Source: Eledone cirrhosa
Lineage: Eukaryota
Assembly: GCA_964016885.1 (NCBI GenBank)
Contig: OZ024741.1
Span: 25,668,001 to 25,732,000 of the forward strand
Length of the DNA stretch: 64,000 nt
Direction: 5' to 3'
This document shows, one piece after another, positions 25,943 through 38,632 of the stretch. Under the pieces are notes generated by a model. That model worked only from the letters and a program-made list of their open reading frames with translations. It searched no databases and had not been told where the DNA came from. Numbering within the stretch: position 1 is the stretch's first letter; the number at the start of each line of letters is the position of its first letter. The position numbers were made by a program, and so were the translations under genes.

Positions 25943-28264
25943 ATGGAAAAACACTACCTGGATATGTCACTCAAAAACATACCAACCCAGGGTAGAAAGG
26001 AATATTTATTGAGCATGATTCAAAAAACTAATGAATTCATTCGACGTGTCAGGTGGAAAACGCTCCACTATGATAGAAGCCGTATGAACTCAACATTAGA
26101 AAGTGGTGTAAACAACAAATTCGGTTTTAGGACTTGTAAAAACCCACCCACCAACCCACTATTAGATGCATTTGAGCAGGACCTTATGAACTTAATCCTT
26201 AAAATTAAATTCAAAGGACGCAACACCAACATCAAATTACAGAAAGATATAAAAAAACTACTGGACGACCTTAAAAACACCAAAGGAATTGTAGTAAAAG
26301 CGGACAAAACATCAAACCTGTACACTATGGATTGCACTACATACAACAACTTCATTCGAAAAGAATTACATAAAAAATATAGAAAAACGAGTGAAGTAAC
26401 CCTTAAGCACATCAATGATGAGGCATGCGAAATAGTGAAAAATCTCGGAATCGAAGATAGGACAGGACCACTCTTACCGGCGGTACCCACCTTCAATCTT
26501 AAGGACCACAAGGTAAACTTTGATAATGACCCTAAAATTAGATTAATCTGCCCCTCTAAATCAGATATAGGTAAAATAAGCAAATATATCTTAGATAGAA
26601 TCATCCCCCAAATTAAGGCTAAGGTTAACATTAAACTCTGGGGGAAGACCCAAGAATTAATAAGATGGTTTAATAGCATTAGCAATAAGAATAAATCTAA
26701 GTTTATCCAGTTTGATATCGATGAATATTACTCATCGATATCACCTGAAACTTTGAATAGAGCCATTAAGTTTGCTAAGGATAACTCTGACCTTACAAAC
26801 GATGAAATTAAGATTATATTAGAAGCTAGGAAAACTATAGTCAAATTTGAGAACAGTTATGGGGTACGTAAAGATAGACCCTCTAACTTTGACATAACAA
26901 TGGGCTCTAACGATTCGGCGGAAATAACTGATATTGTGGGGTTATTTATCGCCTTTAGACTCCAGGAAAAATTCAGCAATCTCCACGGCGGAATATACCG
27001 CGACGATGTTCTCCTCCTAGCTAAAAACCTTAATAACCAAAAACTAGAAAAACTACGCAAAGATATAAGAAAACTACTACTCGAAATAGGACTAACTATA
27101 ACATATGAATACAACCTTAAAGTAGTTAACTTCCTGGATGTCACACTCAATTTAAACTCTGGTTTGATTAAACCGTTTCATAAATTGAATGAAAATCTCA
27201 AATACGTAAATGTTGGGTCTAACCACCCCATCTCTATAATTAAATCTATCCCTAAAAATATTTCCCTTAGAATCTCGGGTCTATCTTCTAACATACAAGT
27301 ATTTAAGGAACACGCCGAGTACTACGATAACGCCCTTAGTAAAGCAGGCTACCTCAACAAAATAGAGTACATAGATGGGAACAATCAAAACACCCAAAAT
27401 AAATCCCACATAGGTAGATATAATAACACAACACCAAACCACACTTACTACCATAGTATGCACACCAGTAAACCAACAAACAAAACTAATAGAAAGCGAT
27501 GCAAAGAGTACTTATGGTATAACCCCGAATACAATAGCTCCATTAGTACAAATTTACCAGTACTCTTCTTTAAAATAATTAAAAGACATTTTCCCACATC
27601 ACACAAATACCACAAAATCCTAAACCCTACCACTATAAGACTGTCATACTCTACAGCGTTAAACCTTGAACAACACATAAAAAAGATCAATACTAGAAGG
27701 TTAAACGAAAACACTAAGAACTTAAGTACAAAGAACACAAAAAAAACAGTAGACAATACACTACAGAACATAAATAAACCACACCTAAGTTCGTCCGCAA
27801 TACTACTCCAGAGAAAACCCAACGTACACAACTGTAACTGCACCTATCCTGACAACTGCCCCCTCGGCAATAACTGCCTGGAAAAAAATATTATTTATAA
27901 GTGTACCATTAAATCCGGAGGCAACGAGTGGTATTACGTGGGATCAACGGCAACATCGTTTAAATCTCGATTGTATAGGCATTCTTACTCAATAAAACAC
28001 CAGAGCCAAAGAAATGTAACAACTCTAGCAGAAAAAGCTTGGACGCTCAGGGATAGCGATCAAAAGTTTACCCTAAAATGGGAAAAATTAGCTAAAACCC
28101 AAAGCTTTTCCAGGAGCCAAAATTTCTGCAAATTGTGTAATCTTGAGATTTATTACATAATCACACACAAGAAGAAACTGCTGAATAACAGAATTGAACG
28201 AACATTATTCTGCCGTCACAGAACTAAAACCCTTTTTTCCCACTACAAGCCGAATATTACATAA
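25943..28264 (+). CDS. PLE polyprotein (773 aa): reverse transcriptase + C-terminal GIY-YIG endonuclease
   Basis: SLKNIP...FIRRVRWK N-terminus, KADKT, RLICP, QFDIDEYYSSI, ITMGSNDSAE, IYRDD, VNFLDVTL, SNHP. Linker CNCTYPDNCPLGNNC (CxCx5Cx5C), NIIYKC...YVGST..FKSRLYRH, CKLC, LLNNR...CRH. No internal stops. Confidence 0.95.
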   Translation: MEKHYLDMSLKNIPTQGRKEYLLSMIQKTNEFIRRVRWKTLHYDRSRMNSTLESGVNNKFGFRTCKNPPTNPLLDAFEQDLMNLILKIKFKGRNTNIKLQKDIKKLLDDLKNTKGIVVKADKTSNLYTMDCTTYNNFIRKELHKKYRKTSEVTLKHINDEACEIVKNLGIEDRTGPLLPAVPTFNLKDHKVNFDNDPKIRLICPSKSDIGKISKYILDRIIPQIKAKVNIKLWGKTQELIRWFNSISNKNKSKFIQFDIDEYYSSISPETLNRAIKFAKDNSDLTNDEIKIILEARKTIVKFENSYGVRKDRPSNFDITMGSNDSAEITDIVGLFIAFRLQEKFSNLHGGIYRDDVLLLAKNLNNQKLEKLRKDIRKLLLEIGLTITYEYNLKVVNFLDVTLNLNSGLIKPFHKLNENLKYVNVGSNHPISIIKSIPKNISLRISGLSSNIQVFKEHAEYYDNALSKAGYLNKIEYIDGNNQNTQNKSHIGRYNNTTPNHTYYHSMHTSKPTNKTNRKRCKEYLWYNPEYNSSISTNLPVLFFKIIKRHFPTSHKYHKILNPTTIRLSYSTALNLEQHIKKINTRRLNENTKNLSTKNTKKTVDNTLQNINKPHLSSSAILLQRKPNVHNCNCTYPDNCPLGNNCLEKNIIYKCTIKSGGNEWYYVGSTATSFKSRLYRHSYSIKHQSQRNVTTLAEKAWTLRDSDQKFTLKWEKLAKTQSFSRSQNFCKLCNLEIYYIITHKKKLLNNRIERTLFCRHRTKTLFSHYKPNIT

Positions 28265-28376
28265 AAGAGGGACATCCCCCAACTATATAAACCTTAATCT
28301 AGTTAGAAAAATATAAAAACAATCTCTTCTCAACATATATTAATAACCTTAAATTACCATACTAATAATGAAAAGA

Positions 28377-28434
28377 TATGCTGATGAGAATAGGTACAAA
28401 TATGCGATAATGAATGTGTCTAAAAACGTCCATA
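28377..28434 (+). ncRNA. Degenerate hammerhead-like motif (GAAA core reads AAAA)
   Basis: uaug-CUGAUGA-gaa-uagguaca...ugugucua-AAAA-CG-UC-caua. Stem I uaug/caua, 8-bp stem II with GU pairs, GUC triplet, but catalytic G12 is absent. Confidence 0.4.
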
Positions 28435-28596
28435 AGTATGTATATATATGTGAAAATGTATATAAATAAGTAAATATATATATATGTTTGATGTGTATAG
28501 TTAGATGTAAGTGTATTCATGTATTAAAGTGCTTATATATATATATATATATGTATATGTGTGTATATGTATGTTTGTGTATGTATGTATATGTAT

Positions 28597-28628
<32 letters not shown>

Positions 28629-29214
28629 GTATATATGTATGTATATATGTGTATGTATATATGTGTATATGGATGTGTATGTATGTGTATGTGTGTACAC
28701 ATGGACTAGAGTATGTATGTATATATGTGTGTGTCTATACGTGTGTATATAAAGATAAGTTGAGTATGAAAATGTATACACATGAGCGCGTATGTATGTA
28801 CATGAATACATGTGTGTATATATATGTGTATGCATGTGTATATATATGTAAGTATGAATATGTGAATTGTGTGTATATGTATTTTGTAGAGGTGTGCAAA
28901 TATATTTGTGTGTGAATGCGTGGGTGAAAGGATACGTACACTTGAAAGAAACATTTAAGTCTGAATGTTAATTAAGTGCAAACACAAAACCAACCACGCA
29001 TATCTTCACTATCTCTAATCCTTCTATAGATTTAGAAAAATAACCAATAATATATTCTATGAAAAATGTCAAAACAACAGATGGGAATCTAATTACTCAC
29101 TGCCACCAAGAATTCTCACTGCTATCGAAAAACCACTCCTTCAACTATTCTTCTAACAACTTCACCCCTCCCTCCTAATATTCTCTATAAAAACTAAATA
29201 GGTCCTCAGTAATA

Positions 29215-29331
29215 TTATTCTGATGAAATGACAGTAAATAATAACATTGAAATATTGAATGTCTGCATAACTAAAAGTTTGTAGATAGCTGTTTTAGGTT
29301 ATGTAACTGTTATAGAAACACGTGTCAATAA
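29215..29331 (+). ncRNA. Type I hammerhead ribozyme with ~70-nt insertion in stem II
   Basis: uuauu-CUGAUGA-a-augacagu[70 nt]acuguuau-a-GAAA-CACGUG-UC-aauaa. Stem I 5 bp, stem II 8 bp, palindromic stem III, GUC triplet (predicted cut after 29326). Confidence 0.85.
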
Positions 29332-29368
29332 ATTCCTTTCAACTAAACTGTATCCATTCAAATCTTTC

Positions 29369-29403
<35 letters not shown>

Positions 29404-29404
29404 A

Positions 29405-29451
<47 letters not shown>

Positions 29452-29455
29452 AGAT

Positions 29456-29513
<58 letters not shown>

Positions 29514-29526
29514 AGATGTATGTATA

Positions 29527-29569
<43 letters not shown>

Positions 29570-29699
29570 AGATGTATATATATATATATACATGTATGTA
29601 TAGATGTATATATATATATACATGTATGTATAGATGTATATATATATATATATATATGTATGTATAGATGTATATATATATATATATATGTATGTATAG

Positions 29700-29741
<42 letters not shown>

Positions 29742-29773
29742 AGATGTATATATATATATATATGTATGTATAG

Positions 29774-29813
<40 letters not shown>

Positions 29814-29856
29814 AGATGTATATATATATATATATACATGTATGTATAGATGTATG

Positions 29857-29889
<33 letters not shown>

Positions 29890-30088
29890 AGATGTATATA
29901 TATATATATATATATATAGATGTATATATATATATAGATGTATATATATATATATATATATATATAGATGTATATATATATATATATAGATGTATATATA
30001 TATATATATATGTATGTATAGATGTATATTTATATATGTATAGATGTATATATATATATATATATATATAGATGTATATATATATATA

Positions 30089-30122
<34 letters not shown>

Positions 30123-30312
30123 TGTATATATATAGATGTATATATATATATATATATGTATGTATAGATGTATATTTATATATATATACATGTATAGATA
30201 TATATTTATATATATATACATGTATAGATATATATTTATATATATATACATGTATAGATGTATATATATATATATATGTATAGATGTATATATATATATA
30301 TATGTATGTATA

Positions 30313-30366
<54 letters not shown>

Positions 30367-30376
30367 TGTATGTATA

Positions 30377-30417
<41 letters not shown>

Positions 30418-30420
30418 ATA

Positions 30421-30461
<41 letters not shown>

Positions 30462-30468
30462 ATAGATG

Positions 30469-30501
<33 letters not shown>

Positions 30502-30508
30502 ATAGATG

Positions 30509-30539
<31 letters not shown>

Positions 30540-30612
30540 ATAGATGTATATATATATATATATATACATGTATGTATAGATGTATATATATATATATATA
30601 CATGTATGTATA

Positions 30613-30671
<59 letters not shown>

Positions 30672-30744
30672 ATAGATGTATATATATATATATATATACA
30701 TGTATGTATAGATGTATATATATATATATATACATGTATGTATA

Positions 30745-30803
<59 letters not shown>

Positions 30804-30806
30804 ATA

Positions 30807-30847
<41 letters not shown>

Positions 30848-30850
30848 ATA

Positions 30851-30895
<45 letters not shown>

Positions 30896-30902
30896 ATAGA
30901 TG

Positions 30903-30963
<61 letters not shown>

Positions 30964-30970
30964 ATAGATG

Positions 30971-31003
<33 letters not shown>

Positions 31004-31040
31004 ATAGATGTATATATATATATATATACATGTATGTATA

Positions 31041-31091
<51 letters not shown>

Positions 31092-31175
31092 ATAGATGTA
31101 TATATATTTATATATATATATATATACATGTATAGATATATATTTATATATATATACATGTATAGATATATATTT

Positions 31176-31207
<32 letters not shown>

Positions 31208-31848
31208 AGATATATATTTATATATATATACATGTATAGATATATATTTATATATATATATATACATGTATAGATATATATTTATATATATATATACATG
31301 TATAGATATATATTTATATATATATACATGTATAGATATATATTTATATATATATATACATGTATAGATATATATTTATATATATATACATGTATAGATA
31401 TATATTTATATATATATATACATGTATAGATATATATTTATATATATATATACATGTATAGATATATATTTATATATATATACATGTATAGATATATATT
31501 TATATATATATATACTTGTATAGATATATATTTATATATATATATACATGTATAGATATATATTTATATATATATATACATGTATAGATATATATTTATA
31601 TATATATATACTTGTATAGATATATATTTATATATATATATACATGTATAGATATATATTTATATATATATATACATGTATAGATATATATTTATATATA
31701 TAAACATGTATAGATATATATTTATATATATATACATGTATAGATATATATTTATATATATATATATATATGTATAGATATATATTTATATATATATACA
31801 TGTATAGATATATTTATATATATATCTATACATGTATATATATATATA
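29369..31848. repeat. (TA)n-derived minisatellite array; unit shifts from tacatgtatgtatagatg(ta)n to tacatgtatagatatatattta(ta)n
   Basis: Directly visible. Confidence 0.95.
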
Positions 31849-34800
31849 CATCATCATCATCATCAACGTTTAACGTCCGCGTTCCACTCTTGCATGTGTT
31901 TGGACGGGGGTTTTCCCACTTGAGGCAAGAGTGATTATCTTGCTCGCATAGGACTATCTGGCGGGTTTTCTACAGCTGGATGCCCTTCCTAACACCAACC
32001 ACATTTACAGTGTTGGGCTGGGAGGTTTTTACTGTGTTGCCTACACGGCCACATTACAGCGTGGACTGTCTGGCGGGTTTTCTACAGCTGGATGCGCTTC
32101 CTAACACCAACCACATTTACAGTGTGTGGCTTTTTCCTTAGTTCGTTTATGCTTTGCCGTTCACGTATATTACTATTACACATCCAGCGGAGCATGCAAG
32201 CTTCGTTCCTCTCTAGTCTGCGTATATCCTCTGCACACAATGCCCAGGTCTCACTGCCATGCAACATTGCTGTTTGTATGCAGGCATCATACAACCTGCC
32301 TTTCATTCTTAGGGAGAACCCTTTAGCGGCTAATAGTGGTATAAGCTCTCTGAACTTTTTCCAACCAGTTCTGACTCTAGCTACAGTACTTTCAGAGCAC
32401 CCTCCTCCACCGCTGATTTTGTCACCCAGGTAACGGAAGCTGTCCACTATTTCTATAGAACCCTCTGCGCAATTGAAAGAGCTAATATTTTGTGGGCACT
32501 TGCTGCTACTTATTGCACCAGAGCACCGGCCACATGTAAAATCTATGTTCTTAGTTAGCTTACCTGTGATCCCACTACATCTTTTATGCACCCATACTTT
32601 GCATTTGGGACATAAAATAATAGAGTTTCTACCTACGCCTTTCCTACACACTGAGCATGGCCATTTCCCGGAAGGGACCGGCGCCTTATTTTCTTTCCTA
32701 CAAACTAGGACTTTAGTCTTAGCCAGGTTAATTTTAAGGCCTTTTGATTCTAGGCCGTGCTTCCATGTTTGGAATTTCTTCTCTAGCTCGGCCATTGATT
32801 CAGCTATGAGCGTTAGATCATCTGCGTATAGGAGTTCCCATGGGCAGCCGGTCTTAAACTCCTCTGTTATAGCCTGAAGGGCAATAATAAATAGGAGGGG
32901 GCTAAGAACAGAGCCCTGATGGACACCAACTTTTACGCTAAACTCTTCACTATATTCGTTGTTAATTCTAACCTTGCTGACTGTTTCTTTATACATGGCT
33001 TGTATAGCTCTCACAAGCCATTCGTCAACACCTAGTTTTCTAAGAGCCCACCAGATAATGGAACGGGGGACTCTGTCGAAGGCTTTCTCCAAGTCAACAA
33101 AAGCTAAGTATAGGGGTTTACTTTTAGCTAGGTACTTCTCCTGTAGTTGTCGTACAATGAAAAGAGCGTCTGTGGTACTTTTGCCTGACACAAACCCGAA
33201 CTGCATTTCATCTAGATCAATTCTCTCTCTGATTAGTTGCGCTATTACTTTTTCCGTGACCTTCATGACCTGGTCGATTAATTTAATGCCTCTATAGTTA
33301 CACCTATCTAGGGCATCTCCTTTACCCTTGTAACAGTTAATGATGATGCTGCTACGCCAGTCCTTTGGAACAACCCCATTCTGTACGACTTGGTTTATTA
33401 TCCGGGAGACCATGGTGTGTCCCACCGTTCCAGAGGCTTTCAGCATCTCAGCAATTATTTCCGAAGGCCCAGCCGCCTTACCCGTCTTCATATCTTTGAT
33501 TGCCTTACTTATTATACTACCTTTGACTAACACTGCTGGTCCCTCTATTGGGTAGATGTGGGGGAGACTGTCTTTCTCCCATTTGTTCTCCTCATTTAGT
33601 AGCCTTTCATAGTGACACTTCCAAGCTACCTTCTTATCAGCGTCGGTGATGGCAAGTACGCCATCATCATTGAGTACACACTTTTCCCCAACAATATCAC
33701 AGTTTTCCTTGACACATTGCCTAGCAATCCTGAACACCTCACGTTTTTGGTCCTCACGTTGTAGAACATGCTTGAACTTTCTTTCCTCTGCTTCCCTTCT
33801 TGCGAAGTACACTTGTCTCCTAGCTTCCCTCCTGGCCACTTGATAGTCTTCTCTACTTCCCCCATCCCGCCATACTTTCCAAGCCTGCTTTTTGGCCTTA
33901 ATTGACTCCTCCACCTTACTGTTCCACCACCATGTTACTCTCCTCCTACCTACAGGCCTGCTCCAGCCACAGACTTCGTCTGCCGCCGTCAGCAGGTTTG
34001 CTTTCAGGAATTCCCACTGTTCCTCTATATTACACGACTCTAATTGCCCTTCCTTACTGTCGAAAGCATCAAGTAATATGCTTTGAAATTTATTTCTGGC
34101 TGTGGGGTCCTTTAGCTTCCATATTTTTCTCCTGAGGATAGTCCTCTTCTGCTGTCTAGTACGCCTCGTCCTGACTATGAGGTCGCTAATTATCAGTCTA
34201 TGTTGGGAGGTGCATTCTTCATGGGGGAGGGATTTCACTCTGTCACGTCTTCTGGTAAGGATATAATCTACCTGGCTTGTGTGTTCCCCCGATCTATAGG
34301 TGATCAAGTGATTGTCTCGTTTTTTGAAGTTAGTGTTACAGATAGTTAGGTTATTTGCGTCACAGAATTCCAGGATTCTAGAGCCTTCCTCATTTCTAGT
34401 ACCGAACCCATAGCCTCCATGGATTCCGTCATAGCCGTCACAATGTTGTCCAACGTGACCATTTAGGTCGCCTGCAATAATTATATAGTCACTGTCGGTT
34501 ATTTGGGAGGTAGCGAGTATCAGTGTCTCATAGAATCTGTCTTTTATAGAGCCGGGCAGTCCGGATTGGGGTGCGTACGCAGATATTACTGTCACCGTAG
34601 TTCTATTGAGGACAAGTCTTATTTTCATTATTCTGTCGTTCACTCTATTTACGTCTATTATCTTATCTGCCCACTTTTCTGCTACCATAATTCCTACTCC
34701 ACCCAGCCCATTGTCATTTCCCACCCAGAAAAGCTTATAACATCGTTCTTTACCCACAATGAATGTAGCAGACCCACCCCTCCACCTGGTCTCTTGAATA

Positions 34801-35200
34801 CAACAAACATCGACCTCCTTACGTTCAAGCATTTCTACAACCTCATTCATGGTACCAACTCTGAAGTTTTGGATTGTGTTTGGAGGGTGGGAGCGGTGGG
34901 GAGCGGCGGGGGGGGGGGGATAGCAGAGTTGGGGTTATGTTAGCCATCCGCGGCCGAAACAAGGAGTGCTTGCATTCTCGTCCACGAGGTGAATTTGTCT
35001 TTATATTTGGCATTGTCGCTGAGCGTCCAGATTTTTCTCTCTTCAACACTCCAGAATTCCGTAGTCCATCCATCATATCGGAAGGCAACCAGGTAAGTGA
35101 TAGTATAGGCCTCTGACTTATGATTGGTCCACGTAATAATGGTGGTGCGTGGGGGCGGGAGGGAGGGATGTTGGGTAGTTAGCGAGGAGGTAAGGTTATA
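31849..35200 (-). mobile_element. RTE-clade LINE, near full length (copy 3), with 5' UTR, 3' UTR and (GAT)n tail; internal 3' deletion
   Basis: APE+RT ORF. The 3' UTR matches copy 1, and the tail appears as (CAT)n at 31849-31864. The 5' boundary is approximate. Confidence 0.95.
32082..34850 (-). CDS. RTE ORF (922 aa): apurinic-like endonuclease + RT with inserted PHD-like finger; natural C-terminus deleted, so probably non-functional
   Basis: CCIQETRW, SAYAPQ, IAGDLNGHVG, SQVDYIL, SQHRLII (APE); [35 protein letters not shown] (RT). After INELRKK the frame runs into 3' UTR sequence. Confidence 0.9.
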   Translation of the reverse strand: MNEVVEMLERKEVDVCCIQETRWRGGSATFIVGKERCYKLFWVGNDNGLGGVGIMVAEKWADKIIDVNRVNDRIMKIRLVLNRTTVTVISAYAPQSGLPGSIKDRFYETLILATSQITDSDYIIIAGDLNGHVGQHCDGYDGIHGGYGFGTRNEEGSRILEFCDANNLTICNTNFKKRDNHLITYRSGEHTSQVDYILTRRRDRVKSLPHEECTSQHRLIISDLIVRTRRTRQQKRTILRRKIWKLKDPTARNKFQSILLDAFDSKEGQLESCNIEEQWEFLKANLLTAADEVCGWSRPVGRRRVTWWWNSKVEESIKAKKQAWKVWRDGGSREDYQVARREARRQVYFARREAEERKFKHVLQREDQKREVFRIARQCVKENCDIVGEKCVLNDDGVLAITDADKKVAWKCHYERLLNEENKWEKDSLPHIYPIEGPAVLVKGSIISKAIKDMKTGKAAGPSEIIAEMLKASGTVGHTMVSRIINQVVQNGVVPKDWRSSIIINCYKGKGDALDRCNYRGIKLIDQVMKVTEKVIAQLIRERIDLDEMQFGFVSGKSTTDALFIVRQLQEKYLAKSKPLYLAFVDLEKAFDRVPRSIIWWALRKLGVDEWLVRAIQAMYKETVSKVRINNEYSEEFSVKVGVHQGSVLSPLLFIIALQAITEEFKTGCPWELLYADDLTLIAESMAELEKKFQTWKHGLESKGLKINLAKTKVLVCRKENKAPVPSGKWPCSVCRKGVGRNSIILCPKCKVWVHKRCSGITGKLTKNIDFTCGRCSGAISSSKCPQNISSFNCAEGSIEIVDSFRYLGDKISGGGGCSESTVARVRTGWKKFRELIPLLAAKGFSLRMKGRLYDACIQTAMLHGSETWALCAEDIRRLERNEACMLRWMCNSNIRERQSINELRKKPHTVNVVGVRKRIQL

Positions 35201-36610
<1,410 letters not shown>

Positions 36611-36745
36611 TGTGTTAGTAATCGCTTACTATTACTATTCCCACCTTGTTCACATTTTCAACACTCTTTATAAACATAGTTCCTCATTTAAACTCCTCAC
36701 TATTATAAACAATCTTACCATTTACCTTCTAATAATAATAGTAAT

Positions 36746-36932
36746 AATTGTTTCTACTTGAGGCACAAGGCCAGCAAATACCCAGTGTATTACTGGTACT
36801 TTATTTTATCGACCCCGTAAGGATGAAAGCCAAAGTCAACCTCGGCGGGATTTGAACTCAGATCGTAAAGGGACGTAACTATGCTGCAAAGCATGGCGTC
36901 CGACCCTCTACTGACACTGCCAATCCACTGCC
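36746..36932 (-). mobile_element. tRNA-derived SINE with Meta-like central domain
   Basis: Reverse complement contains B box gagttcaaatccc and the core ctttcatccttacggggtcgataaaataaagtaccagt, followed by an (ATT)n tail. Confidence 0.8.
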
Positions 36933-36984
36933 TTTATATTATATATTATTATATAAGGTGGTGAATAATAAAAGTAATAATAAT

Positions 36985-37200
36985 AATTGTTTCTACTTTA
37001 GGTACAAGGCCAGCGATTTGAAGGGGAGGGGAAATTCGATTAGATTAACCCCAGTGCATAACTGGTACTTTATTTTATTGACCCCGTAAAGATGAAAGGC
37101 AAAGCTATCCTCGGCAGGATTTGAACTCAGAACGTAAAGGGATGCACTCTATGCCACGAAGCATGGTGTCTGACCCTCTACCAGTGCTATGTAATCCCAC
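36985..37200 (-). mobile_element. Same SINE family, second copy
   Basis: Colinear with 36746-36932. Confidence 0.8.
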
Positions 37201-37364
37201 CCTGTTTCCATCTCTCTCCATCCAGTGTGTTACTTCTACTACTAACGCCACCAAGTGTAACTTTTCTAAGCTCACAGTGTAATCTGAGGGAGATTTGATA
37301 GTATTTCTAACAGGTTGAATGACTGCTAGAGGTTCCCTCATTATATCCTATCCTTTCTTCTTCT

Positions 37365-38290
37365 CCCACTTATTCCTAAGAGGGTCATTGGGGCAGAGTC
37401 CTCAAACACTCCTTCCAGTGGGTCCTGTCAGAAACAACTGTCTCCAGCTGATCCGGCTGGATCCCCAAGTGAGACCAGCCAAGCTCATGGATGTTATCCA
37501 ACCATCTTGCTCAGGATCTACCCTTGGGTCTCCTACCTGTTGGTTTTGTCTATAAAATCTGTCCAGTGATTCTTTCCTGAGACATTCTAACTTCATGTCC
37601 ACAATATTGGAGCTGTGATCTCTCAAATTAGAGAAGTAGTGGCTCCACCTGGAGTGACTTTCTGATCTCCAAGTTATGCACTCTATTGAGTGATGTTACT
37701 TTAAAACCCCTTCGGAAGAACCCCATTTTGGCCACTTGTATTTGTGATCAGTCATTACCCAAGATTCATGACCATAGGTAAGGGTTGGCACAAATACTGA
37801 ATTGAAGACAGTGAGTTTGGCTTTTCCATCTACCTCCCTTCTTCTGATGACTGAATGCTGAATCTGGTGCATTACTGCACAACCCAGCAATTCTTGTACT
37901 TAATTCAGCCTCCTGCCTTCCATCACTCATGAACATGGCCCAAGATACTTGAACTTCTCCACCTGCTTCAGTGGGACTCTATTCACATGCAGAGTGCACT
38001 GCGCAGGCTTCCTTGAGAGGAAAAATGCCTCAGTTTTCACAGCACTGATTTTCATTCCAGCCATGCAGCACTCTGCATCAAACCTATCAAGTGCAACCTT
38101 CTGATGAGTTCAGTAATACCATGTTGTCTGCAAATTCCAGCCGACTGATCCTATACCTGCCAGTCGTGATACCATTTCCAATCCAGCTGCACATGTCAAT
38201 CCTGTTCATGAAAATAATGTACAGGAGAGGTGACAGTATACACCCTTGGTGGAGTCAGACACCCACAATGAATGGTTTTAATTTAGCACC
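37365..38290 (-). mobile_element. Decayed RTE-clade LINE 3' region
   Basis: KAKLTVFNSVFVPTLTYGHESWVMT and RPRGRP..RW-type motifs in broken frames. The 3' part is homologous to 40230-40640. Confidence 0.75.
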
Positions 38291-38632
38291 ATTTATCCGC
38301 AATATCGGGACCATGATAAAATGCACATGTTGTAAAGTGTTAGTGCTGGTGTTATGTGAGGTGGTTGGTGTTAGGAAGGGCATCCAGCAGTAGAATCCAT
38401 GCTAAATATTGAATGTATGACCCATCTGATCTCAGACTATGATGACCCATGCCAGTGTGGCAAGCAGACATAAAATGAGAAGGCAGCATCTCTGATTATT
38501 TTGAGTGGTACCTGGTTCTAGCACCAACTTGAACCATGTCTCATTTAGTCTGTCTTCCAGACTGCTGTAGCTTCTTCTGTGACTTTCAAAACCTGGTTTG
38601 TAATTTTAACAAAAGGCATTGCAGTATTTGTT

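Larger units (their letters stand above)
25837..29368 (+). mobile_element. Penelope-like retroelement, Naiad-type, full ORF plus 3' region ending in a hammerhead
   Basis: Intact RT-EN ORF, downstream hammerhead, and TA arrays of the same variant type on both sides. Whether 28440-29368 belongs to the same element is less certain. Confidence 0.85.

Noticed and set aside
25943-29368. Selenoprotein recoding / SECIS in the Naiad element
   Set aside because: The ORF has no in-frame TGA and ends in TAA, and I could not identify a convincing SECIS by eye.
26068-34135. Antisense ORFs overlapping the PLE and RTE ORFs
   Set aside because: They are shadow frames of the retroelement coding sequences with no independent motifs.
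34940-35200. HDV-like ribozyme in the RTE 5' UTR (reported for some RTEs)
   Set aside because: I could not build the nested double pseudoknot by eye, and a motif search would be needed.
38101-38130. CTGATGA as a hammerhead core
   Set aside because: It lies in a decayed RTE remnant with no matching stems or GAAA.
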